From an uncultured Bulleidia sp. (GTDB lineage Bacteria; Bacillota_I; Bacilli_A; Erysipelotrichales; Erysipelotrichaceae): a DNA stretch of 64,000 nt. The translations under genes were made by a program, and so were the position numbers. The notes under the pieces are model-generated. The model searched no databases, was not told the DNA's origin, and worked only from the letters and a program-made list of their open reading frames with translations. The stretch covers positions 4,612 through 68,611 of the forward strand of contig CAKVLT010000001.1 in the NCBI GenBank assembly GCA_934757945.1. Reading direction: 5' to 3'. Numbering within the stretch: the first letter of the stretch is position 1; every line of letters begins with the position of its first letter. Below, one piece after another: positions 60,179-64,000 of the stretch.

Positions 60179-60207
60179 TTGACAGTGTGCTGTTATTTTA
60201 TAATAAT
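60179..60207 (+). promoter_or_regulatory. sigma-A-type promoter for the activase/dehydratase-like genes
   Basis: TTGACA, a 17-nt spacer, then AATAAT, about 40 nt upstream of a GGAGG Shine-Dalgarno and the ATG at 60248. Confidence 0.55.
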
Positions 60208-60247
60208 ACATAAGTATTTTTATAAAATATATACTTGGAGGAACACT

Positions 60248-63181
60248 ATGCGTATTGGATTAGATATTGGTTCTACAACAATTAAGTGTGTAGTACTGGA
60301 TGATACAAATAACATCCTGTATTCCTGCTACGAAAGACATTTCAGTCATATTGTCTCTAAATCTAAAGAGATATTACATAAAATTGAAAACACCTTTCTT
60401 CATGGTGAGAAAGCTGTAATTGCCATATCAGGTTCTGCCGGTATGGGACTGTCACAAAGCTGCGATGTGGAATTTGTTCAGGAAGTCTATGCAGAAAAAG
60501 TAGCCACTTCCATTTATCACCCTGAAACAGACTGTATTATCGAACTTGGCGGAGAAGATGCCAAAATTCTTTTCCTGACCAACGGGGTGGAAGTACGGAT
60601 GAATGGTTCATGTGCAGGTGGTACAGGTGCCTTTATAGACCAGATGGCTGCTTTGTTAAAAATGAGTGCAGAAGAAATGAATATTGTTGCTTTGCAGGCA
60701 GATCACACATATACCATTGCGTCCAGATGTGGTGTATTTGCAAAAACAGATGTACAGCCACTGATTAATCAAGGTGCTAAACCTTCTAATATTGCCGCCA
60801 GTATTTATCAGGCAGTTGTCAATCAGACGATTGCAGGATTGTCCCAGGGACGTACCATCAAAGGAAATGTATTGTACCTGGGTGGTCCTTTAACCTTTGC
60901 CACATGTCTCAGAAATACTTTTGACGCTACATTACATCTTCATGGGGTATGTCCGGATAATTCTCTGTACTATGTAGCTCTTGGTGCAGCTTTATATGCG
61001 AATAAAGAGGTCAACCTTTCTGAAGTGTGTAAGAAAATAGATGTCTATGATTCTGTTTCAACTTATGCTTCCTTGCCTCCACTGTTTGAGAATCGAGAAC
61101 AATACTGGAAGTTTCATAACAGACATGCAAAAGCACATGTACCTGTAGTTCCTTTTAATGAAACCTGCGGACCGGTACACATTGGCATTGACTCCGGTTC
61201 CACAACCATCAAAATTGTTGTAATCAATACTAGAGGAGAGTTGTTATATAAGCGGTATGAACCTAACGATGGTAATCCTTTGCCTGTAGTTAAAGAAACA
61301 CTGATTGCTCTTTACAGGCAACACCCTCACCTGCATATTCTTTCTGTTACCACAACTGGATATGGAGAAGCTTTGATGAAGAAAGCTTTCCATTGTGATT
61401 ATGGAGTAGTAGAAACCGTTGCACATTTTACTGCAGCAAAACACTTTATGCCTGATGTGGATTTTATTATCGATATAGGTGGGCAGGATATGAAGTGCTT
61501 CAAAATAGAAAATAATGCTATTTCCGATATTTTTCTGAATGAAGCATGTTCTTCAGGGTGTGGCAGTTTCCTGCAGACATTTGCACAGGCAATGGGGTAC
61601 AGTGTAGAAGAATTTGCCATGCAGGGATTATTTGCCAGACATCCTGTAGATTTAGGTTCCAGATGTACTGTATTCATGAATTCTTCTGTGAAACAGGCCC
61701 AGAAAGACGGTGCTCAGCTGGATTGTATTTCCGCAGGTTTATCACTGTCTGTTGTCAAAAATGCCTTGTATAAAGTCATACGAGTCTATTCACCAGAACA
61801 GTTGGGAAAACATATTGTAGTACAGGGGGGAACTTTCTATAATGAGGCTGTTTTACGTGCATTTGAACAGGAGATGGGGGTCGATGTTGTAAGACCTGAC
61901 ATTGCCGGTCTGATGGGCGCTTATGGTGCAGCCTTATATGGTGCTTCAAAGAGTGCTGTTTCTTCCACTTCAGGTGTTTTATCTTTGAAAGAATTGCTTT
62001 CTTTTTCCATGAAGAATCAGAGTATAACCTGTCAGGGATGTGGAAATCATTGCTCTTTGACTATCAACACATTTTCCGATGGTGAAAGACTTGTTTCAGG
62101 GAACAAATGCGAAAAACCTGTTACAGGAAAAGCAAGTGATGATTCTTTAAATCTGTATGCCTATAAAATGCAGTCTCTTCTTGAATATGCAAATACTAAG
62201 ACAGAAGGAACCAGAGGAAAGATTGGTATTCCACTTGTATTAAATATGTATGAACTGTTGCCTTTCTGGCATGCTTTCTTCACTTCTTTAGGCTTTCAGG
62301 TAGTTGTCTCTCCTGTAAGTTCTCATAAGTTATATCAGGATGGGCAAAATACGATTCCAAGCGATACAGCATGTTATCCAGCTAAAATGACCCATGGACA
62401 TATAGCCTGGCTGTGCAGTCAAGAAGACGTACATACCATCTTCTATCCATGTATGACCTATAACTTTGATGAACATCTTGGAGATAATCATTACAATTGT
62501 CCTGTAGTCGCTTATTATCCTGAAGTACTGGCAAATAACATTCCTGATCTGAAGAAAAAAGATTTCTTATATGAGTATATCAACCTCTCAGATGAAAAAG
62601 AATTCAGAAAGCATTTTCCTGGAGTCTTCAGAAAACATTTTCCTTCCGTTTCCTATAAAGAAATAGACAATGCAATCACTGATGGATATGCAGAATACAA
62701 GAGTCACATGGAAGCAATTCGCCGTAAAGGAAAAGAAATCATACAAAAAGCCCGTCAGTGCCATAAACAGATTATTATTTTAGCCGGAAGACCGTATCAT
62801 GTCGATCCTGAAATTAATCATGGTATCGACAAACTGATCATCAGACAAAACGCTGCTATCATTACTGAAGACAGTATCAGTGATATTCTTCCTAAATTTG
62901 AAACTTCTGTTTTAAATCAGTGGACATATCATTCACGCCTATATGCAGCTGCAAAGTATTGCACTACCCAAAAAGACATGAATCTGATTCAGCTAGTTTC
63001 TTTTGGATGTGGACTTGATGCCATCACAACAGATGAAACAAGAGAAATTCTGCAGGCAAAAGGAAAATTATATACACAGCTAAAAATAGATGAAGTCACT
63101 AATCTTGGAGCTGTCAACATACGTATTCGTTCCTTGTTTGCAGCACTTGAAGAACAGCAAGAGGAGGAAAGCCAGTCATGA
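60248..63181 (+). CDS. giant fusion protein: two tandem BadF/BadG/BcrA/BcrD-type ATPase (activase) domains plus a C-terminal DUF2229/HgdB-like dehydratase-component domain (YjiL/YjiM-like)
   Basis: Start MRIGLDIGSTTIKCV, an acetate/sugar-kinase-fold ATPase. A second copy begins VHIGIDSGSTTIKIV. The C-terminal region of about 400 aa has CQGCGNHC and further Cys. Confidence 0.75.
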   Translation: MRIGLDIGSTTIKCVVLDDTNNILYSCYERHFSHIVSKSKEILHKIENTFLHGEKAVIAISGSAGMGLSQSCDVEFVQEVYAEKVATSIYHPETDCIIELGGEDAKILFLTNGVEVRMNGSCAGGTGAFIDQMAALLKMSAEEMNIVALQADHTYTIASRCGVFAKTDVQPLINQGAKPSNIAASIYQAVVNQTIAGLSQGRTIKGNVLYLGGPLTFATCLRNTFDATLHLHGVCPDNSLYYVALGAALYANKEVNLSEVCKKIDVYDSVSTYASLPPLFENREQYWKFHNRHAKAHVPVVPFNETCGPVHIGIDSGSTTIKIVVINTRGELLYKRYEPNDGNPLPVVKETLIALYRQHPHLHILSVTTTGYGEALMKKAFHCDYGVVETVAHFTAAKHFMPDVDFIIDIGGQDMKCFKIENNAISDIFLNEACSSGCGSFLQTFAQAMGYSVEEFAMQGLFARHPVDLGSRCTVFMNSSVKQAQKDGAQLDCISAGLSLSVVKNALYKVIRVYSPEQLGKHIVVQGGTFYNEAVLRAFEQEMGVDVVRPDIAGLMGAYGAALYGASKSAVSSTSGVLSLKELLSFSMKNQSITCQGCGNHCSLTINTFSDGERLVSGNKCEKPVTGKASDDSLNLYAYKMQSLLEYANTKTEGTRGKIGIPLVLNMYELLPFWHAFFTSLGFQVVVSPVSSHKLYQDGQNTIPSDTACYPAKMTHGHIAWLCSQEDVHTIFYPCMTYNFDEHLGDNHYNCPVVAYYPEVLANNIPDLKKKDFLYEYINLSDEKEFRKHFPGVFRKHFPSVSYKEIDNAITDGYAEYKSHMEAIRRKGKEIIQKARQCHKQIIILAGRPYHVDPEINHGIDKLIIRQNAAIITEDSISDILPKFETSVLNQWTYHSRLYAAAKYCTTQKDMNLIQLVSFGCGLDAITTDETREILQAKGKLYTQLKIDEVTNLGAVNIRIRSLFAALEEQQEEESQS

Positions 63182-64000
63182 CATATCTGACTCCCAATTT
63201 TACAGCAGACATGCTGGAAGACTATACAATACTGATTCCAAATATGGCACCTGTACAATTTCGTTGTATACAGGCTGCCCTTGAGTCAGAAAAATACCAT
63301 TGTGAACTATTACAGAATACAGGAACGCAGGTGGCTGAGCTCGGTCTGAAATATGTACATAACGATACATGCTACCCGGCTTTACTGGTTATCGGTCAGT
63401 TTCTGGATGCCTTAAATTCCGGAAAATATGATGTGCACCACACTGCCCTTCTCATAACCCAATCCGGTGGTGGATGCCGTGCATCCAATTACATCAAGCT
63501 CTTACGTAAAGCACTTGTCAAAGCAGGATATGAGTATGTTCCTGTTGCCTCCTTCAATCCAAGCGGGCTTGAAAAAAATTCACAGATGCCAGTATCTGTA
63601 CGTTTATTCAGAAAGCTTCTGGCAGCTTTGGAATACGGAGATATGCTGGACAGCCTTTGCAATCAGCTAAGACCCTATGAGAAGGAAAAAGGCAGTACTG
63701 ATGCGTGGTGTGAGACATGGATTCATACTATCCATCAATGGTTTATGAAAAATAAAAATTATTCCACTCTGGCTATGCGCTCCGTTTTCAAAAAAATAGC
63801 CAGAAGTACACGTGAAGTTCAGATTCAGCGTACAGACAAAATCAAAGTTGGTGTTGTTGGAGAAATCTATGTTAAGTTTTCTCCTATGGGAAACAATGAT
63901 CTTAAAGCCTTTCTGGAATCACAGGACTGTGAAGTAAACATGCCAGGAGTGATGGGATACGTAGAATACTGCATAGCAAACTTTGCATTGGATATAAAAT
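63178..64000 (+). CDS. 2-hydroxyacyl-CoA dehydratase (HgdB/YjiM-like) family protein; partial, runs off the window
   Basis: The ATG overlaps the upstream stop (ATGA), with a GAGGAGG Shine-Dalgarno. The protein MTYLTPNFTADMLEDYTILIPNMAPVQFRCI is HgdB/DUF2229-like. Confidence 0.65.
   Translation, partial: MTYLTPNFTADMLEDYTILIPNMAPVQFRCIQAALESEKYHCELLQNTGTQVAELGLKYVHNDTCYPALLVIGQFLDALNSGKYDVHHTALLITQSGGGCRASNYIKLLRKALVKAGYEYVPVASFNPSGLEKNSQMPVSVRLFRKLLAALEYGDMLDSLCNQLRPYEKEKGSTDAWCETWIHTIHQWFMKNKNYSTLAMRSVFKKIARSTREVQIQRTDKIKVGVVGEIYVKFSPMGNNDLKAFLESQDCEVNMPGVMGYVEYCIANFALDIK

Noticed and set aside
60173-60247. The long track start for the activase gene (MLLTVCCYFIIIHKYF...)
   Set aside because: It lies within the promoter itself and has no Shine-Dalgarno. 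The real start is the ATG at 60248, eight nucleotides downstream of GGAGG.

Overview
This 64 kb window looks like a low-GC Firmicutes chromosome segment: AT-rich, with strong Shine-Dalgarno sites, many rho-independent terminators and mostly minus-strand operons. I did not try to name the organism. Most of it is core metabolism. The backbone features, in order, are:
- A translationally coupled pair of fused ABC exporter genes at the left edge, with a previously uncalled 55-aa Cys-containing ORF coupled upstream of them.
- A seven-gene purine operon (purE, purM, purN, a PurO-type IMP cyclohydrolase, an AICAR-formyltransferase-only purH, purD, purL).
- A PadR plus DUF1700/DUF4097 pair, and proC-proB-proA.
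- A decayed gene remnant, then TetR plus an ECF-transporter S component with a 30-bp perfect palindrome between TetR and a divergently transcribed DUF871 (MupG-like) gene.
- asnA, and two paralogous secreted NlpC/P60 endopeptidases about 15 kb apart.
- trkH and trkA.
- A coupled pair of a nicotinamide-riboside-kinase-like P-loop kinase and a zinc-ribbon protein of unknown function, next to a degenerate tyrosine-recombinase-like gene.
- The rmlACBD dTDP-rhamnose operon, a MerR/SAM-methyltransferase fusion, tRNA-Asn(GUU) and a lipoprotein.
- ychF, a DUF951 gene, folD and dtd.
- An NdpA-like nucleoid protein and a GH13 alpha-glucosidase.
- A LicT-type antiterminator with EIIA and EIICB of a glucose-family PTS, with a ribonucleic antiterminator (RAT) site and terminator in the licT leader.
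- The pyrC-pyrK-pyrD-pyrF-pyrE-pyrB operon, in which pyrB carries a fused PyrI-type zinc domain.
- A VanY-like peptidase, a GH1 6-phospho-beta-glucosidase, an IS200-type element, then YbaK-like, M32 carboxypeptidase, Cof, aldo-keto reductase and TVP38 genes.

The candidates for an undescribed system, in my order of interest:
1. An FrdA-type lipoprotein flavin reductase (N-terminal FMN-binding domain plus fumarate-reductase FAD domain). Next to it is a roughly 350-bp near-identical duplication that has created a stand-alone FMN-binding lipoprotein. Transcribed divergently from this pair is a giant protein with two ATP-dependent activase domains and a dehydratase-like domain (YjiL/YjiM or HgdC/HgdB-like), followed by a coupled HgdB-like partner.
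2. The small Cys ORF coupled to the ABC exporter pair.
3. The kinase/zinc-ribbon/recombinase-like trio.
4. The PyrB-PyrI(Zn) fusion.
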